Notes under the pieces: generated by a model
Told to the model about the DNA's origin: nothing
Databases searched by the model: none
Seen by the model: only the letters and a program-made list of their open reading frames with translations
NCBI GenBank assembly: GCA_026770705.1
Contig: JANJGN010000038.1
Coordinates: 6,758,001 to 6,822,000 of the forward strand
Source: Isurus oxyrinchus
Lineage: Eukaryota
Reading direction: 5' to 3'
Length of the DNA: 64,000 nt
Program-made: the position numbers and the translations under genes
Shown: positions 28,189-40,684 of the stretch, in pieces
Layout of the letters: every line of letters starts with the position of its first letter
How positions within the stretch are numbered: the first letter of the stretch is position 1

Positions 28189-28513
28189 TCATCGGGGCTA
28201 ATTGATTGCATTTCGGTCGATGCATTTTTTCTTACAATACAACTATATTAAACAAAGCCCTATCTGTGCCTGGAGCTCCCCAACTGACAGGTTTCAAGAG
28301 GTGCTAACGTGTTAATTATTAAATCAGTGGTTGCTGATTTCAATGCATGATCATCAGATACTCTGCGAAATACAAATAAAACAGTATAATTTATAAAGTT
28401 TTAAAAATATTTCGCAATTTTACATTTTTGATAAAGTCGATCATGTTTTTACTTTGCCTCTCGGTTCGTAACATTTAAATTAATATTGAATTTCTCCCCT
28501 TGTGTGCAGAACT

Positions 28514-28552
28514 GGTTATTGTGTGACCCAGATCAGCGAATGTAACACAGTG
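28514..28552 (-). other. J recombination signal sequence, 23-bp spacer
   Basis: GGTTATTGT + 23 nt + CACAGTG immediately 5' of J. Confidence 0.92.
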
Positions 28553-28600
28553 ACTATATTGATTACTGGGGCCAAGGAACCATGGTGACGGTGACTGCAG
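28553..28600 (+). CDS. IGHJ: IgH J segment (YIDYWGQGTMVTVTA)
   Basis: WGxG motif; phase-1 donor GTAAG at 28601. Confidence 0.97.
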
Positions 28601-30534
28601 GTAAGAAACAAGCCTTCATTCTGCGCTCTTGGATTTGCTTCATTGTTTCACATTTCTGTTTATTTTTGTCATTTATTTGTTAACCGAAACTTTGCATTCT
28701 ATGTTTACAATGTTTCATTTAATTATGCTGCAAAGGGATTGAACAATTCTCCTGCTTCTCGGCAAAAAATAAAGCTATGGGAGTTTTAAGGACTTCTTTG
28801 TGTGATTTGCCTTTTATCTGCTGATGAGGCTTTGTGCCTGGCTTACTTTAAATACATGAGTCTTGTTAATCAGTTTGGTGTTTCTACCATGTTTAATCTC
28901 GGTGACATCTGATTGCTGCAAGTTTTCTAATCGACTGATTACATTGTGTTTAAAAGTGTTGGAAATAAGATTATAGACAGGAAACCGAGTGCTATCAAGG
29001 TCAAAAATGTCATTTTAAACTATGGCTTTTAAAATAAATGTTTGCCATTTTTATTTGTGTTTAACTGCGCTGTAAAATATCAATATAATGCTGACCAACG
29101 TTCATCTTAAATAAGTGAAGTGCTACGATAACTAAGAACAACAGGGTTAACAAATTTGCTGCCTGGGTCAGGATTAAATGAAAACAACTTGAAACATTAA
29201 AATGCAGTAATGTCGCCAGATATTACTAAAGTATACAGTGAAAATCAACACAATGCATTAAACATGATGCATCGAAGTACAATTCTTCTGCCATTGTTTC
29301 ATATTTCTGTTTATTTTAATAAATGACTTATTCAATGAAAGGCGATTTCTGTGCGATGTATCGAGGTTGATTTGAAATGTTGCATCTGATTCTGCTGAAA
29401 GGATTTAGGTAATTAAGCAGTTGTTGGATTCAGTCCCTCGGTGTTGTGATTTGGTGTTAAGTGCTGAGGAGAGTATGTGCCTGTGTTACTTTGAACAGTT
29501 AAAGCTCATGGAACTGTTTGGTGATTCTACAACGCGTATTTTCGATCACATCTACCGTGTGTTGATGATGTGCTTAAACCATTGTGAAGGAAGGTTATAG
29601 TTATAAAGCAGGCAGGCTTTTTAATCAATTGTGATAGATATATTGATGCATTTTTATTTCAGTGCTAATTGCAGATTCAAAAATTAATATTTTGTTTCCG
29701 ATATTCCTATTTAATACTTGAGGTAATAATGCAATGTTAAAGGACATAACCAGCGAATTTCAACTGTGATGGGGAGTTAAATGAATATAACTCAAACGGT
29801 TATAACGCAACAATATTTCCCAAGATTACAACAATAAAAAATATTATTGTTAGACATTTAGCAGATAATCTGTGCTATCCACAACAATGCTGCAAAACAC
29901 AGCACAATTAATATCAGCCGGACAAATGCAGAGGTTCCAGCAATTTCCATTGTGTTTTTTTAAAATTATAATACACACTGATCGCACTGCAGTGTTTAGT
30001 TTGAACAAGGATTTTAAATTACTTGGTTCCTCCCTGGTTAACGTAGGTTGAAAGGTGCTAATTAATTATCAATATTAAATGCATTTTGTAAATTGCAGCA
30101 AGCTAATTTAATATATCTGCAGGGTTGCTGAAGCTTTGCTGTGCAGCCAAACAGCACTGTTCCTTCAATTTTGGTGTAGCCCATTATCACGAAGCTAATC
30201 TTAAACAGTTTGCAGTTGGAATTGCTCAATAATTCAATTCAAATTCAGAGAAAGTTCAGAATGCATATGTCTGGAGATGGGCAAACATTGCTATTGAAGC
30301 AGGTTGGCTTAATTATAAATGTAACTTTTGAATTGATGAACAACAACCAATCTTGCAAAACTGTGAGATATACGGGTTGAATTAAATGGGAGCTACCTTT
30401 AATTCTCATTAAAATCGTTGTTCTTTTTGCTCGTTGAATTTCAGTGTCTCAGGTGATGCAGAGGAATTGTTATCTCTCAGTTGCACACTGATGATTGTGG
30501 ATCTTAATTTCAATAAGTAGCATTAAATATTTAA

Positions 30535-30730
30535 ACAAAAAATGCTGAACAAATACTCAGCAGGACTGGCAGCATCTGTCCATGGAGAAGCAGAGATCTG
30601 AAGAAGAGTCATATGGATTCGAAATATTAACTCTGTTTCTCTCTCCACTGATGCTTCCAGACGTGCTGAGTTTTGCCAGCATTTTCCGTTTTTATATCAG
30701 ATTTCCAGCATCCGCAGCATTTTATTTTCA
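30535..30730 (+). mobile_element. Short fold-back Penelope-like remnant with minimal hammerhead motif (30591-30635)
   Basis: Inverted arms (AATGCTG..CTCAGCAGG.CTGGCAGCATC / GATGCTTCCAGACGTGCTGAG...CAGCATT) around CTGAAGA-stem-GAAA. Confidence 0.65.
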
Positions 30731-32914
30731 TTATACATTTGAAACACATTTACGTGCATTGTGTGGATTACGGGAATGGTACATCGAAGTTTGGCTGTAT
30801 TATTATCAAGGGGAGGCTCCGAAAATGGCGCCAAACTGCCAGGGCTACATTAATTATTAAAAATAAAACTGCTGTTGAAATGTGGGTTGATATTTAAACT
30901 CCGGAATCCTGCTTTAGTGACTAGAGGATGTTGCACTCCATTTTTTATTACCGATATGAGTACCCGGATAGTGCTTGAACAACTTTAAGCTGCCCACTTA
31001 TAAATATATCATGCGAAATACACGTTTAGAAAAGAAGAGCTTTTACGTCGCGCAAACATAATGACAAACATGGAAATCTTACACGGGTATAGATATAAGA
31101 GCACATTCTTATAAATTGTTGATCATCTTAATGTATTAAAAATAATATAATGTATTTGTCCGAAAGTGTATGGAATGATTTGGTTAATTTAAGAAGTGTC
31201 ACCTTAATTTAATTAAGCCTATTATTAACAAGAGACAAATCAGAAGAAGAATAAAATTATTAACAAATGTGGCATAATGGAGTTAAATATCACCAATATG
31301 AAAATAGAGTCTAAGATCAGTACGAATTCATTACAAAAAAATCTCTCAAATGTGCTGCGCTGAGTCCAGGATTAAAGTTAAAACTCATGGTGGAGAATTT
31401 TTAAAATTATTTTCAATTAACTTGGAAAGCAACATGTTTCTCACTCAACTGCCTTTAGCTCCATTGGATGTTGCTCTACAATTTAATTAATTATCTTCGT
31501 GCTTTGCCTCAGCAGTTTCAATGATTGTATATTATTCTGAAATTATGTCAGTGAATAATAGGAGTACAGTGTAAATATCTCCCAATTTGTTAAATTCTTG
31601 CTCTGTTACAATGTCCCTGTTAGAGACATAAATTACCATGAATGTAAATTATTTTGATGTACCTGTTCTCAGCCAAACTAACACTAAGGCTGTTGTGAAA
31701 GCTGTACACAGACAGGGAGAAATTGAGGCTCGTCAAATGGAGTTTTTCCATTTAGAATCAAAATAATTTCACAGAAGTGACATGGTCATAAATTTACAAA
31801 CGTTTTAATCTATTCAAACAGATTAATTGATAATGGAGAAATCTATCATTAATAGACTGATTTTTGCATTGTTTATGTCTGTTCTGTTTCTTTGTGCATG
31901 GTCACTGTGCGAGAATCAGGAGCCTTCTGGCTGTTTGTGAACTTCCTGGTTCATTCTCCTGTAATTCAGGGAATTAATTTCGGACCATTTATTTAAGAAG
32001 TTTGTATAACCGAGAAAGGTGCAAGTCTGTTCTTAAGTTTGAGAATGTGTCTCAGAAATAAGATCAGTATCCCAGTTTGTGGAATTCAGAAGGAATGCAA
32101 AGTGTAGAAAGATATTTTTCCTGTTCAGTGTTTGCTGTATCAGAGCCGGTGGTTTGTTGATGGTCCAGTCTAAGCCCAAGTTTTAACTGACAATGCGGAA
32201 TAGAGGGCATTTTAGAATGCATCCCACCATTAATATTCCTGAAATACAGCGCTTCACAGGACTGTGCAAAGAGAGTTTTGGTATAATTCACCTGTTCTGT
32301 ATCTGACATGAGAGTGTTGGCACTCTCAAGATTCAAGGAACTTTAATCAGTATCAAACACATTGGCGTGAGTGCTCCGAATTAGATATGTAAAAGTAAAT
32401 GATTCAATTCCTCCAATGAAGTAGCAGATTGTTAATTTAACGTACATTTCATTCTAGAAAAAGCCAAGTTTATGATTAAGGGATGATGATTAAACATTTT
32501 CAATAGCAGATAATATTTGAATCAGATTGGCCTGATCTAAATTTAAATTTCAGGTCAGTTACAGGAAGTCACTGTAATGTTACCTTCTGCGATATGATCG
32601 AATCTGAAAATAAATTGTGCAACTTAAATAGACAGTATGGTGCCTTACTCCTTATCTAACGGAAACTACGGTGGGAATGAGAGCTGGAAAAATATGAATT
32701 GAACTTAACTCAATGCACAACCTGATTCCAACTGCCCGAAGGACATTTGATGAACTATCAGAGAGGCAGTTTTACTCTTGTTCCAAGGGCCTTACTAGGG
32801 CTGTGGGTTTTATGTGGAACTTCAATGTTCTTCTCTCTTGTATCTAATCAGTACAGTCTGTGAACTGTGAACGTTTGATTGTGCAGTGTAGATGGAACTC
32901 CTTTTTCTGAACAT

Positions 32915-34475
32915 TTATCTATTCATGCATCCATTTGCCATCCATCGATGCAAAGATGGATANNNNNNNNNNNNNNNNNNNNNNNNNNNNNNNNNNNNNN
33001 NNNNNNNNNNNNNNNNNNNNNNNNNNNNNNNNNNNNNNNNNNNNNNNNNNNNNNNNNNNNNNNNNNNNNNNNNNNNNNNNNNNNNNNNNNNNNNNNNNNN
33101 NNNNNNNNNNNNCCTATCTTGTCTATCTGTCTGGCTGTCTGTCTGTCTGTCTCTATCTTCTATCACTCTCTATCACTCTTTCTCTATCACTCTCTCTCTA
33201 TCTATTTATCTATCCATCCNNNNNNNNNNNNNNNNNNNNNNNNNNNNNNNNNNNNNNNNNNNNNNNNNNNNNNNNNNNNNNNNNNNNNNNNNNNNNNNNN
33301 NNNNNNNNNNNNNNNNNNNNNNNNNNNNNNNNNNNNNNNNNNNNNNNNNNNNNNNNNNNNNNNNNNNNNNNNNNNNNNNNNNNNNNNNNNNNNNNNNNNN
33401 NNNNNNNNNNNNNNNNNNNNNNNNNNNNNNNNNNNNNNNNNNNNNNNNNNNNNNNNNNNNNNNNNNNNNNNNNNNNNNNNNNNNNNNNNNNNNNNNNNNN
33501 NNNNNNNNNNNNNATCTCTATCTTCTATCACTCTCTATCACTCTTTCTCTATCGCTCTCTCTCTATCTATTTATCTATCNNNNNNNNNNNNNNNNNNNNN
33601 NNNNNNNNNNNNNNNNNNNNNNNNNNNNNNNNNNNNNNNNNNNNNNNNNNNNNNNNNNNNNNNNNNNNNNNNNNNNNNNNNNNNNNNNNNNNNNNNNNNN
33701 NNNNNNNNNNNNNNNNNNNNNNNNNNNNNNNNNNNNNNNNNNNNNNNNNNNNNNNNNNNNNNNNNNNNNNNNNNNNNNNNGCCTATCTTGTCTATCTGTC
33801 TGGCTGTCTGTCTGTCTGTCTCTATCTTCTATCACTCTCTATCTCTCTTTCTCTATCGCTCTCTCTCTATCTATTTATCTATCCATCCATCTGTTTATCT
33901 GCCTGTCTCTCTCTTTCTCTTTCTCTTTCTCTATCAATCAATCGATCAATCGATCAATCTATCTATCTATCTATCTATCGATCTATCTATCTATCTATCT
34001 ATCTATATATCTGTCGACCTGCCTATCTTGTTTATCTGTCTTTCTGTCTGTCTCTGTCATCTATCACTCTCTATCTCTTTTTCTCTATTGCTCTCTCTCT
34101 CTATCTATCCATCCATCTGTTTATCCGCCTTTCTCTCTCTCTTTCTCTATCGCTATCGATCTATCTATCTATCAATCTGTCTATCTATAGATCTATCTAT
34201 CTATGTATCTGTCCACCTGCCTATCTTGTCCATCTGTCTGTCTCTATCTTCTATCACTCTCTATCGCTCTTTTTCTATCGCTCTCTCTCTATCCATCCAT
34301 CCGTTTATCTGCCTGTCTCTCTCTCTTTATCTCTATCTATCTATCGATCTATCGATCTGTCTATCTGTCTATCTGTCTATCTGTCTATCTGTCTATCTGT
34401 CTATCTGTCTATCTGTCTATCTATCTATTTACCGATCTCTTTAACTCTCTGTCTATCTATCTATCTGTTTATCTA
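32915..34475. repeat. Compound (TATC/TGTC/TC)n microsatellite with three N runs (32963-33112, 33220-33513, 33580-33780)
   Basis: Seen directly; ~107-bp module 33113-33219 recurs at 33782. Confidence 0.95.
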
Positions 34476-35262
34476 ACCAAGATAGCTGATAATAATTGAT
34501 TATTTGTAAACATCATTGAGCATTGGCAAATTTGGAGAGCTAATTCAGAATTGTGATTGACCGAAAGCCAACTGTCCATGCTATCAAATAGTCTCATTGA
34601 ACAATTCTGGGTCATGCTTTATAAAAGTGCTAAAAAATAGTCTGTAAGTAATGAAGCTAGTCGATCCACCGGTCGGAGTTACATAATCTTTAGAGCAAAT
34701 GCTGCCACGCATCATCCATGTTTATCCTCTGAAAACGACAACGTGTTGATCATGAAACTACAATAAATTAGCATTAAATACCCTCTGGCCCACTGATGTC
34801 CTTCATGGAAGATAATCGGCCATCCTGGCCCAGAGATAGGTAAATGTTACTGCATTAAATTAGTCATTTGCTGGTGAGAAGAGGTTGATAGTAAAATACT
34901 TTAAGCGAGAGCTCATTGGAAATAATGTGGAAGGGTCTGAAGTGAAAGTGTTTGAGGAATGATTGATGTTTTCCTCAACAGAGGAGTAAGGGCTGGAGGA
35001 AGCCCAGTTACAATATCCCTTATTTAACTCGCAGTTATGTGGCCTCGTGGGCAGTATTTCCCTTTTCCGACTTGTGCCTCAACTTGTGCACAAGACTGGC
35101 CATTATGGCGGTGTGTCCCGTCGGGCATATCAACTCCTAAAAGCAATTTATGACCAGGATATTTTGGAAATAAATTATCCCAATATTAAACTTCGAACAA
35201 TTTGCTTATTTTATACTCACGAATCACATTTTTAAGTTGTTCAATTGACTTTTCATTCACAG

Positions 35263-35559
35263 CGACACCGTCTCCCCCCACCCTCTACGCTCTGCTCTCC
35301 TGTGAACAAGCAAACACTGCCGGCTCCATCACCTACGGCTGTTTGGCTGCGGACTACTCCCCCGAAATCACCAGCGTTTCCTGGAAGAAAGGTCAAGAGA
35401 CGATCACAGCTGGAATGAAGACTTACCCATCAGTGCTGAACAAGAAGGGAACCCACACCCTGAGCAGCCAGTTAACCATCACCGAATCAGAGGTGGGAAG
35501 CAGCACAATCTACTGCGAGGTTCGACGGAGTGACTCGGTCTGGCTGAAGGAAATGCCAG
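35263..35559 (+). CDS. IGHM: IgM constant exon Cmu1
   Basis: [16 protein letters not shown]...[10 protein letters not shown]...VSWKK...[11 protein letters not shown]...IYCEVRR; AG at 35261-62, phase-1 GT at 35560; resembles recalled horn shark Cmu1. Confidence 0.96.
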
Positions 35560-35679
35560 GTTCGTGTTGTGGGATGCACATGGCGGCAGTGGCGGGGCTG
35601 GGTGAAGGGGGAACGTGGTCAGCAAATGAGTTCAAATATGTTCAAATTCTGCATCACATGGGTTAGAATGGAGTTAGAG

Positions 35680-36420
35680 TTTTGTGTATAGTTCAGGTGC
35701 TTATATGACACTTAGTGTGGATACCTGTATTCTCCACAGCACACTTAATGGTTTGTGTAGAGTTCTGGCCTCCATATCACACTTAGTGTGATATGCACAG
35801 CTCTGGTCTCCACATCATAGTTATTGTACTGTGGATAGTTTTGTTCTCCACATCACAAAGTAGTGTACTGTGTATAATTAAGGCCTCCACATCACAATAG
35901 GTGTACTGTGTGCAGTTATCCCCCTCCAAATCACATCGAGTACACTGTATGTAGTTCTGGTTTCCACGTAAGAAGAATGCTACAGGGGCGTTGCAATAGG
36001 AGCTAAACTACGTACAAGGACAATACCAGAGCTGATAGATTACTTCTGTTAAGTAACAGCGGGTTGGTGCTCTATTCTCTACAAAATAAAAAGTTGTGTT
36101 GTGACCGAATAAAGGTCCTCAGACTTCCGAAATAATTTGATAGATTAGACAAGAATTAGAGCTCATGTTAACAACAGAATGTTAAAAAAAAAATTGGCAA
36201 ATCTGAATCTTCTTTACACAAAGAGTAAGCGGAATATGGGAATTTCTGGAGGTGAGATGTTACCGAAACCCTATTGAGGGGAATCTTAATAGGTACATGA
36301 GGGAGATTGTAATGGAGGTGGTTTTTAAACTACGAGGTGAAATAGGGCAAGAGGATGTTCGTGTGGATCCTAAACTCCAGCATTGAACTATGGGGCCGTT
36401 CTGTCCTGTGGATTTTATGT
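35680..36420 (+). mobile_element. Degenerate CR1 3' fragment preceded by ~7 tandem ~39-bp copies of its EYCVQFWSPH-coding segment
   Basis: Repeated GTACTGTGTGCAGTTCTGGTCTCCACATCAC-like units running into CR1-like AAGAAGAATG... sequence. Confidence 0.55.
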
Positions 36421-36492
36421 AAATTGTTTTTGAGTTTTAAATTGTTTGGCTTGAAGCAAAATTAATTCCAAATAATATGTATTTTCTTGCAG

Positions 36493-36804
36493 ATATTGTG
36501 CTGCATCATCCGACTGTTCTGCTTACCGTGAGCCCCAGTGAAGAAATCACAAGCAGCAGATTTGCAACCGTCGTCTGTTCAATCGTTGATTTCCGTCCAA
36601 ATTCAATCAAGGTGAAATGGCTGAAGAATGGACAGGCCATGGCCTCCGGCTTCGTCACCTCTCCCAGCTTTGAAGTGAACGGGAACTTCTCGGCGACCAG
36701 TCGGTTGACAGTCCCCGCTGGGGACTGGTTCAGTCACACGCTCTATACCTGCCAGGTCACTCATAAAGGGGTCACTCAAAGCCGAAACATCACCAAACCT
36801 GAGG
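36493..36804 (+). CDS. IGHM: IgM constant exon Cmu2
   Basis: [11 protein letters not shown]...[13 protein letters not shown]...KWLKNG...[20 protein letters not shown]; AG at 36491-92, GT at 36805. Confidence 0.96.
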
Positions 36805-37329
36805 GTAAGGGACACAACCCGAGAAAGCCCAAGGCCATTCTTGGTGCCAATCTCTGTCCAAACCAAGAAATAGTTTGGAATGGTTAAAAGTCAGAGACTG
36901 TGTCTCATTTGACAATTTGCCCGTTTGTGTTTCCTTCCAAAGGAAACAAAACGCACTGAAGGGAACCTTTCATTTATATAGCGTCCTCCCCAGCATCAGA
37001 TTCTCCCAAAACACTTAGCAGCCAATAAATGACCGTGGAAATGTGCTCATTGTGGTAAAGTAGAATATTCGGCAGTGATTTGCTGTACATCAGTCTCCAA
37101 GAAATTGGGACATGATACTGACAGGATTTATTTATTTATTTATTGTTTTCATTCTGTTTGTTCAGGGACACATGTCCAGGAAACAGACACACTTCAGCTA
37201 AGCATTTCGAACGTTTTCTTTTCACTTTTATTTCAAATTTCCAGCAATATTTGGCTTTTAGAACTAAAGACCATTATTGGTTTTGCTGTTAGGGAGAGTT
37301 AAACTAACTCAGGAGGAGCGTAGGAACAA

Positions 37330-39320
37330 CGAGAGAATTTCAGCATGTAATAGCATGGATTCTGGGAGCGGCAGCTAACTCTAAAAGAGGGAATATTCAG
37401 TTATTAGATGGAGTCAGGATAAGGGAGCAAGCAACGAATTCTAAATTAGCGTTGCACTGCATGTATGTGCATGGACGGAAAATAGTTAATAAAATTTGGG
37501 AGTTACAGGCACAGATTGCCTTTTGGGATTACTATGATAAGATGATAACGGAGACCTAATTTATGGAAGGACAGAATTGGGTGTTAATTATTCCTAGTTA
37601 CAAGATGTTCATAAAAGACAGGAAAGGACACAAAATGGGGGCGAGGCCGTGGTGGCGTTTTTGTTTAAGGAGAGTATTGCAGTACTGGCGAAAAGTAATG
37701 TGTCAGGCGATTCAAGGACAGAACCAATTTGGAATAAGAAGGGTACAATTGCATTGTTGGGTGTAATGTATAGACCACAATAGCTAGTGAGGAGATAGAG
37801 AGGAGCAAGGAAATAACAGAGGTGTAAACATCATCGAGTCGTTATAATGGATGGGGGAGGGGTTCATTACCCGAATATAAACTGGGATAGTGGGACCGTA
37901 AGGGGCAGTGAGGGAGCAGCATTCCAGGATTATACCCTGGAGGATTTGCTACAGCAGTGTGTGTCCATTGCAAGCTGAAAGGAGGCACTGCTAGACCTGG
38001 TTCTTGGGAATGAGGTGGGCCAAGTAAACAAACTGATAGGAGGGGAGCATTTAGGGGACAGTGATCATTGTATCATAAGGTTAAGGATGACGGTGGAAAA
38101 TGACATTGATCAATCCAGGGTAAGAGTCGCCAACTGGCAGAGAGCGGGCTTCAATGGGGCAAGAATGGGGCTGGGCCTGATAGACTGGAACCAAAGGTTG
38201 GTGGGAAAAACAGTAGCTGAACAATGGGCTAACTTCAAAGAGGAGATGGTTTCGGCACAGTCAAAGTATGTTCCCTCAAAAGAGAAGGGCAGGAGAAACA
38301 AGTCCAGAGCTCCCTGGATGGCAAAGGAGATAGAAATGAAGTTAATGAAGGGAAAATGTGATAACAACAGGTGTCGGGTAGTAAATACATTTGAGAACCA
38401 AGCTGAATACAGGAGATGCAGAAGGGATGTGTAAAAGCAAATACGAGAAGCAAAGAGAGATTATGAAAAAAGACTGACATCTAACATAAAAGAAAGTCCC
38501 AAAGTATTCCATAAGCATATCAATCGTAAAAAGGTTGTAAAAGGAGGAATAGGCAGATTAAGGATCAAAAAGGGGATTTACACATATAGGCAAGAGACAT
38601 GGCTGAAGTGTTAAATGAATATTTTGCATCAGTCTTTACCTTTAAGTAGATACTGCCCAGGCCATGGTGACAGAAGAGGAAACTCAGTCACTAGAAGGGT
38701 TTAAAATTGATAAGGATGAGGTATTGCATCAGCTGTTGGCTCTTAAAGTGGATAAGGCACCAGGACAGGGTGAGATGCGTCCAAGAATATTGAAGGGAGT
38801 GAGAGTGCAATTGCAGAGACACTGACAATAATCTTTCAGCGTCCCCTGCATTTGGACGAGGTGTTAAAGGACTGGAGAATTGCAAAAATTACGCCCTTGT
38901 TCAAAAACGTTTGTAAAAGTCTTCCCTGCAAATACAGACGAGTCAGTTTAACTTCGGTGGTGAAGAAACTTCTAGAAACAATTATTCTGGATGGAATTAA
39001 TATAATATGGATTAATGCAGATTGATTAGGAAGAATCATCATGGATTTATTAAAGGAAAATTCTGTATAACTAACTTGCTAGAGTTTTTTCAAGAGGTAA
39101 AAGAGATGGTTAATGAGGGCAAGGCCATTGATGTGGTCTGTTTGGAGTTCCAAAAGGCATATGATACAGTGCCACACAACAGACTTGTGAGGAAAGTTAT
39201 AGATCATGGAATTAAAGGGACAATAGCTAAGTGGATAAATATTTATATATATAAATGATCTAGATCTTGGTTTGCAGGGGATAGTTTAAAGGTTTGTGGA
39301 CGACGCAAAACTTGGGAGAA
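37330..39320 (+). mobile_element. CR1 LINE ORF2 fragment (APE endonuclease to RT N-terminal part), degenerate
   Basis: GEHLGDSDH (endonuclease end) and HGFIKGKFCITNLLEFF...IDVVCLEFQKAYDTVPH (RT); many stops and frameshifts. Confidence 0.9.
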
Positions 39321-40378
39321 TTTGGGGAAATTTGACGTCACACTGACAAAGCAGCCATTCCTGGGCCTTAACAGTTGATGTTGAAGTCGATACCTCTCAC
39401 AATGCAATACTCACCCAGTACTACATTGCTGGTATCAGCTACACTTGTGTTCAAACACCTGGAGTGGGGATTGAACCCATGTTCTTTCTGAATCAGAATC
39501 CCCCGGTGTCCAGGATTCCATTAGCTCACAAAACACGGTGATATTTTGTTCAAAGGTTGGACAGTGAGTGAGGAGTCATTGCTTTTAGTTTTACCCGAAA
39601 TTGATTGTGAGTTGGATCGGTGTCTGCAGGCCTTTAGTGGTAATTGCCCACGACTTCAATTCTGACAAAGATGTGCACTTTATTTCTGCTGCTGTTTTCA
39701 GACTGAGCAATGCTGATAGCAGTTTGCATAGTCTCGGCTGCCTTCCTTTGAGTACGAAAGTCTAATGAGTGATCGAATTGCGGTGTTTCAGTTAATTAAT
39801 TAAACTGGAAGTGGGGAGAAGATGCTTAGTCCTCCAAATTAGAGATAGGAGAATTCTGACTGAGGCGATTTTGGCAACATTTTCCTCGCACTGTGAAATA
39901 TTATCACTTTCATTTTCCCCAAGAATTTCTGAGGCTGGGAATCAATTGACATTTCAAAAAAACGGATTAACTTTTTTTTTTAAATGTTATCGCACGTGAC
40001 AGAACGGGGAGGATAAATGGGGTTAATCCTTACAGAGAGGCATAGAGAGCTGAATGGTCTCCTCTTGTGCTGTGCTGTGTCTGATTCCTTGATTTCGGGA
40101 TGAGTGATATTCTGTCTGTAAGATGATTGTACCTGAATATATTTACCTTGCTGGACTGGCATTTGGTTTAGTCATTCCCAGTGGTTCTGGCTGGAAATAC
40201 TCAGGGAATGTTATGGAGTCTCCCGGAATTATTGCAAGTCATTGACCTTCAAACAATGAAGGTGTTAACATGGCAGGGGGAGATCAAATAAATATTCCCG
40301 TCGTGAGAGTGAAAGCTGAATACCAGGTTTCTGATTCTGAAGATGATGTTTTGGTTGACATTCATTTCTGCTTCACAG

Positions 40379-40684
40379 TTTCCGACTGCACCGATCCCGT
40401 AATTACTCTACAGCCACCGCCAATAGAACAGGTCTTACTAGAGGCGACAGTGACCTTAACCTGTATCGTGAGTAATGCCCCTTATGGAGTCCTCGTGTCC
40501 TGGACACAAGAACAGAAGCCTTTGAAATCAGAGATTGCTGTCCAGCCGGGAGAGGATCCTAACAGCGTGGTCAGCCACCTGAACATCTCAACACAAGCCT
40601 GGCTGAGTGGGGCTGAGTTCTACTGCGTGGTGAGCCATCAGGATCTGCCGACTCCTTTAAGAAATTCCATCCACAAGGAAAAAC
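40379..40684 (+). CDS. IGHM: IgM constant exon Cmu3
   Basis: [29 protein letters not shown]...SWTQE...[22 protein letters not shown]; AG at 40377-78, GTGAGT at 40685. Confidence 0.96.

Noticed and set aside
32879-34499. Long ORFs (up to 521 aa) rich in S/I/Y/L
   Set aside because: Artefacts of microsatellite and N runs.
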